Shown here one piece after another: positions 17,924-27,211 of a DNA stretch of 64,000 bases. The number at the start of each line of letters is the position of its first letter. The stretch's first letter is position 1. The translations under genes and the position numbers were made by a program. Origin of the DNA: Dehalococcoidia bacterium (lineage in GTDB: Bacteria; Chloroflexota; Dehalococcoidia; UBA2979); NCBI GenBank assembly GCA_964291495.2, contig OZ219872.1, positions 160,001-224,000 on the forward strand, read 5' to 3'. The notes under the pieces were generated by a model. The model was given only the letters and a program-made list of their open reading frames with translations, was not told the DNA's origin and made no database searches.

Positions 17924-19690
17924 TCAGGAGCCCGCGCCGTTCTCGTCGTCGCCCTCGCCGTCCTCCGCGTCCTCCTCATCCGCCTCGTCCAACGACTGCC
18001 CGGCGATCGCAGCGGCGAGCGCCTCCGGGCTGACGAGCGTGATCGAGATGCGGTCGGAACGGCGCGGCATGCGCAGGCCCGGGATCCAGCCCGGGTGAAC
18101 GGTGATGTGCGGATCCCTCGAGAGCGCCAGCTCCTCGCGCAGCCGCTCGGCGGCGACTGCGGGCGAGACGTTCGTGAGCTGGCCGTGCAGCGCCGCCGGG
18201 TCGAAGAGTGGGCTCGCCCGGCCGGTCGCCGTGAGGTCGATCGTGAGGCGGCTGCCATCGAAGGAGTGCACGTCCGCGATCGTCGCCTCGGCCGTATCGG
18301 GCAGGAGCGCCATGCCGTCGGGCAGCCTGCCCTGGAGCAGTTCCTGTGCGATGCGCTGCGCGTCCTCGTCGGTCAGCACGAATGCGTTGGCGACGGCGGT
18401 GTACTCCATCGGGAACACGTCGCTCGGCTCCCCGACCTCGGCCAGCGGGGTCTGGCCCAGGATCACGGCGGAGATCGTCTCGGTGAAGACCGTCCCGTCC
18501 GTGACCGAGCGCAGCAACTCGCGCTCGCCCGCGAGGCGCAGCGCGCCGTCGGCCAGGCTCGCGACGGTGATCACGTCGTCGGGGCTGACGACGGCGACCT
18601 CGATGTCCGTACCGCCTCCGGCGGCGATGTTCGTCACGGTGAGCGTCTCCGGGAATCCGGTCAGCCGCGTCAGGCTGGCGGCGGGGACGTTGCCGGCGGT
18701 TCCAGGCTCGATCGCGGTCGCACCGACGACCGAGCTGGAGCCCGGAGGGATCGAGACCGCTCGATCAGTGGTGAACCGCACCCCGTCAATGGACTCGACC
18801 GGCGTGCCGATCGGCAGCACGAGATCCGCGTCGCCGCCGTTCGTGAAGGTGAGCCCGGCGCGCGCGTGCTTGTCGCCCACGGTCGCGAGCCCGGTCGAGG
18901 CGGCCGACACCACAAAGACCAGCTCGACCTGCACGGAATCGACGGCGATCACGCCGACGCCGAGGTCGGTCTCGCCGAGCGGGCTCAGCCGCATGCGGGT
19001 CGTCACCGTCAGCGTCTCCGCCGGCGGCGAGACCAGGATCGTAGCGGAGGGGATGTAGGTGCAGGCGGCGAGGCCGATCAGGAAGATCGCGCCCGCCAGC
19101 AGCGCCGCGCGCACGAACGGGCCAATCGAGGGGGCGCGGAGCACGAACTCGCGGCTGCCGAAGGGGATGCGCAGCGCGCGCCGGGGGCGCAGCCCCCGGA
19201 CCGTGCGCGCGGCGGGCAGGCCGGCGTCCGCGGCGTGCTGGCGGACGTCTCCTCGGCTCGCGAGCACGCGCACCTGGATCCCGCGCTGGCGCACGTAGGC
19301 GGCGATCCGCAGCCATTCCACCGCGTTGCGCAGCGCGTGGCTGCGACGCGGCACCACGAGCAACAGCTCGACCTCGCTCGCCGCATCGATGCGGCCGATG
19401 ATCGCGCGGGCATCGTCCTCACGCTCGGCGACGACCGTGGCCGCGCCGGGCAGGCGCGGGCCGCGACGGCGGCGGGGTGCGTCTCGTTCCCCGGCCTCGC
19501 GAGCCGCGGCGGCTTCCTCCCTGGCGGCTCGCCGCCGGGCCGCGGCGCGGCGGCGCTGCGTCCCGATGCGGCCCGCGAGCTCCTCGAGGGCCGCCGTCAG
19601 CGCATCCCAGGCGCGCAGCAGGCCGTCACGGGCGCGCAGCAGGACGTCCCGGGCCTGATCCGCGATCGAGCGCGGCTGCTCGCCGGACAC
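17924..19690 (-). CDS. Membrane-anchored baseplate J/gp47-like domain protein
   Basis: Cytosolic domain LLVVPRRSHALRN..A..RG..V.V, one transmembrane segment followed by PSATILVSP, then ARAGLTFTN..LPIGT..GVRFTTD..AIEPGTAGNVPA..VTN..GGGTD. Confidence 0.75.
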   Translation of the reverse strand: MSGEQPRSIADQARDVLLRARDGLLRAWDALTAALEELAGRIGTQRRRAAARRRAAREEAAAAREAGERDAPRRRRGPRLPGAATVVAEREDDARAIIGRIDAASEVELLLVVPRRSHALRNAVEWLRIAAYVRQRGIQVRVLASRGDVRQHAADAGLPAARTVRGLRPRRALRIPFGSREFVLRAPSIGPFVRAALLAGAIFLIGLAACTYIPSATILVSPPAETLTVTTRMRLSPLGETDLGVGVIAVDSVQVELVFVVSAASTGLATVGDKHARAGLTFTNGGDADLVLPIGTPVESIDGVRFTTDRAVSIPPGSSSVVGATAIEPGTAGNVPAASLTRLTGFPETLTVTNIAAGGGTDIEVAVVSPDDVITVASLADGALRLAGERELLRSVTDGTVFTETISAVILGQTPLAEVGEPSDVFPMEYTAVANAFVLTDEDAQRIAQELLQGRLPDGMALLPDTAEATIADVHSFDGSRLTIDLTATGRASPLFDPAALHGQLTNVSPAVAAERLREELALSRDPHITVHPGWIPGLRMPRRSDRISITLVSPEALAAAIAGQSLDEADEEDAEDGEGDDENGAGS

Positions 19691-19692
19691 CG

Positions 19693-22374
19693 CTACGCCT
19701 CGCCCAGGCGCTCGCGCGCCAGCAGCCGCGCGGCCTCGAGGGCCTCGCCGAGTCGGCTTGCGTCGCGCCCGCCGGCCTGCGCGAGTCCGGGCCTGCCGCC
19801 GCCGCCGCCGCCCACGACCGCGGCCGCGGCCTTCACGACCTCGTCGGCCAGCAGCCCGCGCTCGACGACGTCGTCGGTGGCGAGCGCGAGCAGCTGCGGG
19901 CGCTCGTTGATCACCGCACCCAGCGTGACGAAGGCGCTGTCCATGCGCTCGCGCAGGCGGTCGGCCATGCCGCGCAACGCGTCGGCGGAGTCGGCCTCGA
20001 CGACGGCGACGAGGATGCTCACCCCGGCGAGTTGCTCCGCCTGGTCGGCCAGCTCCTCGGCAAGCCCGGCGGCGCGGCTCGCCGACTGCGCGCGGGCGCG
20101 GCGGCGCTCCTCGGCGAGCTGCTCCTCGAGGGCGTCGATGCGGCCCGCGATCTCGGCGGGCGGCGCCTTGAAGCGCTGCGAGAGGTCGTCCACCAGGGCA
20201 AGGCGCTCCTCGATGTAGCGCTCGGCCTCGGGGCCGGTCAGCGCCTCGATGCGGCGCAGGCCCGCGCCGATCGAGGAGTCGCCGCTGATCACGAAGTTGC
20301 CGACGCCGCCCGTGGAGTGCAGGTGCGTGCCGCCGCACAGCTCGCGGCTGAAGCAGGCCGCCGTGTGCCGGTGCGCGGCGCCGCCTGCCGAGGCGCGCGC
20401 CTCGCAGTACTCGACCATGCGCACCTCGGCGGTGTAGCGGTCCTCGAAGAACGCGATCGCGCCGCGGTCGATCGCCTCCTCGTAGGGGAGGATAAACGTC
20501 TCCTGCGCGATGTCGTCGCGGATCCTCGCGTTGACCAGCCGCTGCGCCTCGCGCAGTTCCGCGGCGGACGGCGCCTGCGGGTGCGTGTAGTCGAAACGCA
20601 GGTGGTCCGGCGCGACGAGCGAGCCGGCCTGCCGCACGTGCTGCCCGAGGACCTCGCGCAGCGCCGCATGCAGCAGGTGCGTGGCGGTGTGGTTGCGGCG
20701 GCTCCCGGCGCGCCAGGCCGGATCGACCCGCGCCTCGGCCGGCTCGCCTTCGGCCAGCGCGCCCTCGACGACCTCCCCGCGGTGCACGTGCACGCCGCCG
20801 AGCGGCTGCGTGTCGTCGACGCGGAAGCGGCCCGCGGCGGTGACAATCTCGCCGCGATCGCCGACCTGCCCGCCGGCCTCCGCGTAGAACGCCGTCGCCC
20901 CCAGGACCACGTCGCCCGCAGCGCCCGCCTCGAGGCGTTCGACGCGCTCGCCGTCCGCGAACAGCGCCGCGACGGTCGACTGCGCCTCGAGCGCCTCGTA
21001 GCCGAGGAAGGCGCTGTCCAGGCCAAGGGCGGCGAAGCGCTCCGCCTCGTCGCCGCCGAAGTCGCTGAACGAGGTCTCGCCGCGGGAGCGCTCGCGCTGC
21101 GCGGCCATCTCCGCCTCGAAGCCCTCCTCGTCGACGGCGTAGCCGCGCGCGGAGGCCAGCTCGCGGGTCAGCTCGGGGGGTAGGCCGTGCGTGTCGTAGA
21201 GCGTGAACATGTCGCGGCCGGGGATCCGCCGCGCCGCGGCCTCGCGCTCGATCACGCCCTCGAGCAGCTCGATCCCGCGCGAGAGCGCCGCCTGGAAGCG
21301 GCGCTCCTCGTCCGCAGCGACGCGAACGATGAACGCGCGCTGCTCCTCAAGGCCGGGGTGTGCGTCCTTCGAGGCGCCGATCGCGGCCTCGATCACGCCC
21401 TCGATGAAGGGTTCGCGCAGGCCGATCGTGTAGCCGAAGTAGATCGCACGGCGCAGCACGCGGCGCAGCACGTAGCCGCGGCCCTCGTTGCCCGGCAGCA
21501 CGCCGTCGTGGATCAGGAAGGCGGCCGCGCGGGCGTGCTCGGTGATGGCCCGGAGTGCGCGCGCCTGCTCGGGTGCGCCGTCCGGGTCGTAGGCGATGCC
21601 GGCGGCCGCCTCGGCGCTCGCGAGGATCGCGCGCAGCTGGTCCGTCTCGTAGACCGAGCCGACCTGCTGCAGCACCCAGGCGAGCCGCTCCAGCCCCGCC
21701 CCGGTGTCGATGTTCTGCGAGGGCAGCGGGGTCAGCGAGCCGTCGGCCGCGCGGTCAAAAGCCATGAAGACCAGGTTCCAGACCTCAAGGAAGTTGGGCG
21801 ATTCGAGGTCGATCTGCCCGTCCGGCAGGCGCGGCTCGGAGGCCGGATCGTCGCCGAAGTAGTAGTGCAGCTCGGAGCAGGGGCCGCACGGCCCGGTGTC
21901 CCCGGAGTACCAGTAGTTCCCCAGCTCGGCGCTGTAGCGGAGGATCCGCTCGGGCGGCACACCCTGGCCGCGCCACAGCTCGAACGCCTCGTCGTCGTCG
22001 GTGTAGACGGTCACCCAGAGCCGCTCGAAGTCGAGCTCCAAAACGCCGACGAGGAAGCCGAGGGCGGCCTCGATCGCCTCGGCCTTGAAGTAGTCGCCGA
22101 GCGAGAAGTTGCCGAGCATCTCGAAGAAGGTGAGGTGCGAGTCGTCGCCGACGGACTCGATGTCGGTGGCGCGGAAGCACTTCTGGACGGACGTCAGACG
22201 CCTCGCGGGAGGCGTCTCGAGGCCGAGGAAGTAGGGCTTGAACTGCACCATGCCGGCGGAGGTGAAGAGCAGCGAGGGGTCGCCGTAGGGGACGAGCGAG
22301 GCGGAAGGAATGCGGCGGTGGGCGCGCGCCTCGAAGTACTCAAGGAACGCGGTGCGCAGCTCTTCGACGATCAC
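19693..22374 (-). CDS. alaS: Alanine--tRNA ligase
   Basis: DPSLLFTSAGMVQFK, HLTFFEMLGNFS, IDTGAGLER, NHTATHLLH, ELCGGTH, GGGGGRP. Confidence 0.98.
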   Translation of the reverse strand: MIVEELRTAFLEYFEARAHRRIPSASLVPYGDPSLLFTSAGMVQFKPYFLGLETPPARRLTSVQKCFRATDIESVGDDSHLTFFEMLGNFSLGDYFKAEAIEAALGFLVGVLELDFERLWVTVYTDDDEAFELWRGQGVPPERILRYSAELGNYWYSGDTGPCGPCSELHYYFGDDPASEPRLPDGQIDLESPNFLEVWNLVFMAFDRAADGSLTPLPSQNIDTGAGLERLAWVLQQVGSVYETDQLRAILASAEAAAGIAYDPDGAPEQARALRAITEHARAAAFLIHDGVLPGNEGRGYVLRRVLRRAIYFGYTIGLREPFIEGVIEAAIGASKDAHPGLEEQRAFIVRVAADEERRFQAALSRGIELLEGVIEREAAARRIPGRDMFTLYDTHGLPPELTRELASARGYAVDEEGFEAEMAAQRERSRGETSFSDFGGDEAERFAALGLDSAFLGYEALEAQSTVAALFADGERVERLEAGAAGDVVLGATAFYAEAGGQVGDRGEIVTAAGRFRVDDTQPLGGVHVHRGEVVEGALAEGEPAEARVDPAWRAGSRRNHTATHLLHAALREVLGQHVRQAGSLVAPDHLRFDYTHPQAPSAAELREAQRLVNARIRDDIAQETFILPYEEAIDRGAIAFFEDRYTAEVRMVEYCEARASAGGAAHRHTAACFSRELCGGTHLHSTGGVGNFVISGDSSIGAGLRRIEALTGPEAERYIEERLALVDDLSQRFKAPPAEIAGRIDALEEQLAEERRRARAQSASRAAGLAEELADQAEQLAGVSILVAVVEADSADALRGMADRLRERMDSAFVTLGAVINERPQLLALATDDVVERGLLADEVVKAAAAVVGGGGGGRPGLAQAGGRDASRLGEALEAARLLARERLGEA

Positions 22375-22603
22375 GCTGTGGTCACTGCCGAATCGCTCAC
22401 TGCCACGCCCCTGCGGCGCAGTCTCCGGGCCAGCGATCGGGCCGCTCCGGTAGAGACAGGGCCGTGTGCGAGTGTAGAATGGGCTCGAGCGACGGGTCAA
22501 TTTTCGCAGCCGCTCCCGCACCCGACGGGGCAGGCGCGTGACCGTGGAGCACCACGATCGAAACCAGCGCTGACAGCGACAAACCTCCCTCGTCCCACTC
22601 CGC

Positions 22604-23989
22604 ATGAGTTCCGGCGGATCGGCGCCGCTGCGCGGCTGGACCGCCGTCGTGCTCGCCGCCGGGCGCGGCGTTCGCATGCGCTCGCGCCGCCCCAAGGCGC
22701 TCCACGAGGTCGCCGGTCGCCCGATGCTGCTCCTGCTGCTCGACGCCCTCGCGGGCGCAGGCTGCGAGCGGAGCGTGGTGGTCACCGCCGACGCGGACGA
22801 CGAGGTCGCCCGCGCGGCGCGCGAGGCGGGCGCGCTCGTCGCCGTCCAGCGCGAGCCGCGCGGCACGGCCGACGCCGCCCTCTCCGCCGCCGAAGTCGTG
22901 GGCGAGGCAAGCCGCGTGCTGATCGCGCACGGCGACCTGCCACTACTCACCTCTGGCAGCCTCGCCGCCCTCGCGAGCGAGCACCTTGAAACGCGGGCCA
23001 CGCTCAGCCTCCTCACCGTCGAGGTCGAGGACCCCACGGGGTATGGACGTATCGTGCGCTCCAACGGTTCCGTCGCGGCGATCGTCGAGGAGTCCGAGGC
23101 CGACGAGGAGACCCGCGCGATCCGCGAGATCAACGTCGGCGTCTACGCCGCCGAGGCCGCCTGGCTGTGGCCGGCGCTGGCCTCGATCGCGCCCTCGCGC
23201 GGCGGTGAGGTGTACCTGCCCGACGCGGTGCGAGCGGCCATCGAGGCCGGGCGCGCCGTGCTCGCCCGCCCGCTCGCCGACGCGAGCGAGGCGCAGCAGG
23301 TCAACACGCGCTCGCAGCTCGCCGCCGCCGAGGCGGCGCTGCGCGCCCGCGTGCGCGAGGCGCTGCTGGCCGGGGGCGTGACGATCGTCGACCCCTCCGC
23401 GACCTGGATAGACGCGGGCGTCGAGGTCGGCGAGGACACGACGTTGCTGCCCGGCGTGCACCTGCTGGGTGCGACGGCGGTGGGGCGCGACTGCCGGATC
23501 GGACCCAACGCCGTGCTGCGCGATGCGCGCACCGGCGAGCGCTGCATCATCGGCGGCTCCACCCTCGAGGGCGCCACGCTCGCCGACGACGTGCACGTCG
23601 GCCCGTACTGTCACATCCGCCCCGGCTCGACGATCGAGGCGGGCGCGCGGCTCGGCAACTACGCCGAGGTCAAGGCCTCGCGGATCGGCGCGGGCAGCCG
23701 CGTCGGGCATTTCTCCTACGTCGGCGACGCCGATGTGGGCGAGGACGTGAACATCGGCGCGGGGACGATCACGGCGAACTACGATGGCGCCGGGAAGCAC
23801 CGCACCGTGATCGGAGACGGCGCGTTCATCGGCAGCGATTCGATGCTGGTGGCGCCGCTCAGCATCGGCGCGGGCGCGCGCACGGGAGTCGGCTCGGTGG
23901 TCACGCGCGACGTGCCGCCGGGCGCCTCGGCGATCGGCGCGCCGGCGCGCATCCGGAAGCCCTCGGGCGAAGCGGGAGAGGAGCAGTAG
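22604..23989 (+). CDS. glmU: Bifunctional GlmU
   Basis: LAAGRGVRMRS..PKALH, DPTGYGRI, EINVG, hexapeptide repeats, HFSYVGDA, NIGAGTITANYDG. Confidence 0.96.
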   Translation: MSSGGSAPLRGWTAVVLAAGRGVRMRSRRPKALHEVAGRPMLLLLLDALAGAGCERSVVVTADADDEVARAAREAGALVAVQREPRGTADAALSAAEVVGEASRVLIAHGDLPLLTSGSLAALASEHLETRATLSLLTVEVEDPTGYGRIVRSNGSVAAIVEESEADEETRAIREINVGVYAAEAAWLWPALASIAPSRGGEVYLPDAVRAAIEAGRAVLARPLADASEAQQVNTRSQLAAAEAALRARVREALLAGGVTIVDPSATWIDAGVEVGEDTTLLPGVHLLGATAVGRDCRIGPNAVLRDARTGERCIIGGSTLEGATLADDVHVGPYCHIRPGSTIEAGARLGNYAEVKASRIGAGSRVGHFSYVGDADVGEDVNIGAGTITANYDGAGKHRTVIGDGAFIGSDSMLVAPLSIGAGARTGVGSVVTRDVPPGASAIGAPARIRKPSGEAGEEQ

Positions 23990-24015
23990 CGGGCCGCCGT
24001 ACGGCCCGTGCAGGT

Positions 24016-25293
24016 TTGGATACCCTCACAGTCCTGGCCCTGGTGGTGATGATCGCGGCGGGCGTGCTGCTCGTGCTGATCTCGGCCGCCGAGGCGGGGG
24101 TGGCCGCGATCACGCGCCGCCGTACCCGCATCCGCGCCGAAAACGGCGTGGCGGGCCTCTTCGACAGCTACATCAAGCAACGCCAGCAGATCCTGAGCGC
24201 GCTCGGCGCCGGCGTGACGCTGGCGACCGTCACGCTCAGCCTCGGGATCGCCCTGGTGCTGATCGGCGAGGAACTGAGCGTGCTGGAGGCGGCGGCCGCC
24301 GGCCTGATCGCGCTCGTCGTGATCGCCGCGCTGCGCCAGAACGCGCGCGCGATCGCCCTCGCCAGCCCCGAGGGCGTGGGCTACCGCCTTGCGCGCGTGA
24401 TCGCCTTCCTCGCGTCCCTGCTCGCGCCGTTCGCCTGGCTGATGAGCACGCCCGCCCGCGGGCTGCTCCGCCTCGCCGGCCGCCGCACCGAACTCCCCGA
24501 CGACCCCGCGGGCGAGCTGCTCGCCGTCCTCGAGGCGCCGGCCGACGGCGACGGGGCCGAGGCGCTCACCGAGGAGCGGCGCATGATGCGCGGCATCCTC
24601 GCGATGTCACGCCAGACCGCGCGTGAGATTATGTCGCCACGCATCGACATCGTGGCCGTCTCCACGGAGGCCTCGATCGGCGACGTGATGAAGGTGGTGA
24701 ACTCGTCCGGGTTCACCCGAATCCCGCTCTACGAGGAGAACATCGACCGCATCATCGGGGTGCTCTACGCCAAGGATCTGCTCGCCCGCCTGCAGAGCGG
24801 GGTCTCCTCGCCCAACCTGCGCCTGATCGCGCGGCCGCCCTACTTCGTGCCGGAGACGAAGCGCGCCGACGAGCTCCTCGCGGACCTGCGCCGCGACCAG
24901 ACGCACGTCGCGATCGTCGTTGACGAGTACGGCGGCACGGCCGGCCTCGTGACCGTCGAGGATGTGCTCGAGGAGATCGTCGGCGAGATCGCCGACGAGT
25001 ACGACACGGACGAGATCGAGATCGAGGTGATCTCCGAGGACGAGGCGATCGTCGACGCACGCTTCGCCATCGACGACCTCAATGAGCTGTTCGGCGCCGA
25101 GATCCACAACGAGGACTTCGACACGGTCGGAGGCTTCGTGTTCTCGCTGCTCGGACGCCTCGCGGCGCCGGGAGACCACGTGAGCAGCGTGGAGCACGGC
25201 CTGGACCTCGAGGTGCTGACCGTGCACGGCCGCCGCATCCGCCGCGTGCGCGTCACCCACCACCCGCCAATGGACGAGGCGGCGGCCGGGTAG
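24016..25293 (+). CDS. HlyC/CorC (CNNM-CBS-CorC) membrane protein
   Basis: ISAAEAG transmembrane region, REIMSPRIDI, GFTRIPLY, VDEYGGTAGLVTVEDVLEEIVGEIADE, FDTVGG. Confidence 0.92.
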   Translation: MDTLTVLALVVMIAAGVLLVLISAAEAGVAAITRRRTRIRAENGVAGLFDSYIKQRQQILSALGAGVTLATVTLSLGIALVLIGEELSVLEAAAAGLIALVVIAALRQNARAIALASPEGVGYRLARVIAFLASLLAPFAWLMSTPARGLLRLAGRRTELPDDPAGELLAVLEAPADGDGAEALTEERRMMRGILAMSRQTAREIMSPRIDIVAVSTEASIGDVMKVVNSSGFTRIPLYEENIDRIIGVLYAKDLLARLQSGVSSPNLRLIARPPYFVPETKRADELLADLRRDQTHVAIVVDEYGGTAGLVTVEDVLEEIVGEIADEYDTDEIEIEVISEDEAIVDARFAIDDLNELFGAEIHNEDFDTVGGFVFSLLGRLAAPGDHVSSVEHGLDLEVLTVHGRRIRRVRVTHHPPMDEAAAG

Positions 25294-25370
25294 ACAGGGC
25301 GCGCCTTCACACGCGCAGGCAGTCCGGTAGACTGGTTGCGCGGAGCAACTTGCAGCGGGAGGCTTGGCCG

Positions 25371-25574
25371 GTGAGCAGCAGTCGCAACGTGCAGGTGCTG
25401 GAGACTGAGACGGCGATCCCGGACGACTCCTTCTGGCGTCCGCTGGCGCCGGACGACTTCATCCTGGCGTCGGGCGTGGCACCCTACACGTTCCCGGATC
25501 CATCCGACATCGAAGATCCAGAGGATGTCGAGGCGCTTCTCGATGCGATCTTCGGTGACAGGAGCCTCCCGTAG
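25371..25574 (+). CDS. Putative acidic antitoxin of the downstream PIN toxin
   Basis: 67-aa acidic ORF with SD GGAGG and its own TAGACT -10. Directly upstream of the PIN gene. Confidence 0.6.
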   Translation: MSSSRNVQVLETETAIPDDSFWRPLAPDDFILASGVAPYTFPDPSDIEDPEDVEALLDAIFGDRSLP

Positions 25575-25984
25575 TACAGCCAGCGCCCACGCCGGTCCTC
25601 GTCGACACCGACGTCTTCTCATACATCTTCAATGCGCACCCGCTCGCCGACCGCTACCGCGCGCATGTCGAAGGGCACGTGGCGGTGCTCTCGTTTCAGA
25701 CTGTCGCCGAATTGCTCCAGGGCGCCTATCAGCGTGGCTGGGGCGAGCCGCGTCTGGAGCAACTCCGTCGCGAGATGCGGCGTTATGCCGTGACTCCGTT
25801 CCACCTTCAGATGGCAGAGCAATTCGGTCAGCTGCGCTCACACCGACGAAGCGTAGGCCGTGAGATCGATACCGCCGATGCGTGGATCGCGGCGACGGCG
25901 CTGTGGCTCCAGTGCCCCGTCGTGACGCACAACCGCCGGGACTTCAGTGACATCCCCGACCTCGCGGTGATCAGCGAGGCATAG
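25571..25984 (+). CDS. VapC-like PIN domain toxin, start anomalous
   Basis: VLVDTDVFS..SFQTVAEL..ADAWIAATAL..VVTHNRRDF. No ATG, GTG or TTG in frame upstream of the DTD motif. Confidence 0.8.
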   Translation, partial: VVQPAPTPVLVDTDVFSYIFNAHPLADRYRAHVEGHVAVLSFQTVAELLQGAYQRGWGEPRLEQLRREMRRYAVTPFHLQMAEQFGQLRSHRRSVGREIDTADAWIAATALWLQCPVVTHNRRDFSDIPDLAVISEA

Positions 25985-26053
25985 CGCGGTCGCGGCCTCC
26001 ACCCGCCAACACCCCGCACTTGCCTTCTTGCCAACGGCTGGTAGGCTGTGCTC

Positions 26054-27211
26054 ATGGACGATGTAAGAACAAATGGTCTGGAGTGGTGGGTCGCCTTCCA
26101 CCGCATCTCCCGCCTCGGCTCCGTGCGCTTCGGGCTGCTCGAGCGGGCCTTCCCGGCGCTCGAGGATGCGTGGAAGGCCGATGCATCCGCGCTCCGCGCC
26201 GCCGGGCTGGACTCCGCCACGGTGGACCTCGTGGTGTCTCAGCGGCAGGAGATTGACCCGCAGCGGGAGCTGGAACGCCTGCACGAGGCCGGAGTGCGCG
26301 CGATCCCGCGCTTCCACTCCGCCTACCCCGCCCGGCTGCGCGAGATCGCCGACCCGCCGCCGGTCATCTACGTGCGCGGAACGCTGTCCCCGCAGGACGA
26401 GTGGGCGCTCGCCCTCGTCGGCACGAGGCGCGCGACGGCCTACGGGCGGCAGGCCGCCGGCGAGCTGGCGCGCGACCTCGCGACGAACGGCGTGACGGTC
26501 GTCTCCGGACTCGCGCGCGGCATCGACACGATCGCGCACCGCGCGGCGCTCGACGCCGGCGGGCGCACGATCGCCGTGCTCGCGAACGGCCTCGATACCG
26601 TCTACCCGCCCGAGAACCGCGGCCTGGCGAGCGAGATCGCCGAGGCGGGCGCGCTGATCAGCGACTACCCGCTCGGCACCAAGCCGCGCGCCGAGTTCTT
26701 TCCGAGGCGCAACCGCATCATGTCCGGCGTCTCCCTCGGCACGCTCGTCGTCGAGGGCGACGTGAAGAGCGGCGCGATGATCACCGCGCGCTTCGCCGCC
26801 GAGCAGAACCGCGAGGTCTTCGCCGTACCAGGCTCGATCTTCGCCCCGCAGTCGCGTGGGCCGCTCTCGCTGATCCGCGACGGGGCGACGCCGGTCGCGA
26901 GCGTCGAGCACGTCCTCGAGGCGCTCAATCTGACGATGATCGGCGCGCAGATGGACTTCGGCCGCGCGGCGCCCCCGGCGAGCGAGGACGAGCAGGCGCT
27001 GATGGAGGTGCTCACGCGCGAACCGAGGCACGTCGACGAGGTCGTGCGCGACAGCGGTTTGGCCGCAGCCCGGGTCTCGGCTACGCTCGCATTGCTCGAA
27101 CTCAAGGGGCAGGTGCGCGATCTGGGCGGCATGCAGTACGTCCGGGTGCGTGAACCGGCCCCCGCATACGAAGCTGCATCGACTCCCCCGAAGCAGGAGA
27201 CATCCCCTTGA
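26054..27211 (+). CDS. dprA: DNA-processing protein DprA
   Basis: YPARLREIADPPP, VGTRRAT.YG, VSGLARGID, FPRRNRIMSG, SGAMITA, VFAVPG. Confidence 0.97.
   Translation: MDDVRTNGLEWWVAFHRISRLGSVRFGLLERAFPALEDAWKADASALRAAGLDSATVDLVVSQRQEIDPQRELERLHEAGVRAIPRFHSAYPARLREIADPPPVIYVRGTLSPQDEWALALVGTRRATAYGRQAAGELARDLATNGVTVVSGLARGIDTIAHRAALDAGGRTIAVLANGLDTVYPPENRGLASEIAEAGALISDYPLGTKPRAEFFPRRNRIMSGVSLGTLVVEGDVKSGAMITARFAAEQNREVFAVPGSIFAPQSRGPLSLIRDGATPVASVEHVLEALNLTMIGAQMDFGRAAPPASEDEQALMEVLTREPRHVDEVVRDSGLAAARVSATLALLELKGQVRDLGGMQYVRVREPAPAYEAASTPPKQETSP

Noticed and set aside
17924-19690. Prophage
   Set aside because: No other phage genes, and the protein has a transmembrane anchor within a housekeeping operon.
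22375-22603. T-box leader for alaS (also looked for upstream of pheS)
   Set aside because: No AAnnnGGGTGGnACCGCG-type T-box or U-tailed terminator seen.
22568-22620. glmS-ribozyme-like string on the minus strand (CGCCGGAACTC..GAGTGGGACGAGGGAGGTTTGTCG..TCAGCG)
   Set aside because: It lacks the AGCGCC cleavage site, has mismatches in the core, is antisense to glmU and overlaps its start. Probably chance. An Rfam scan would settle it.
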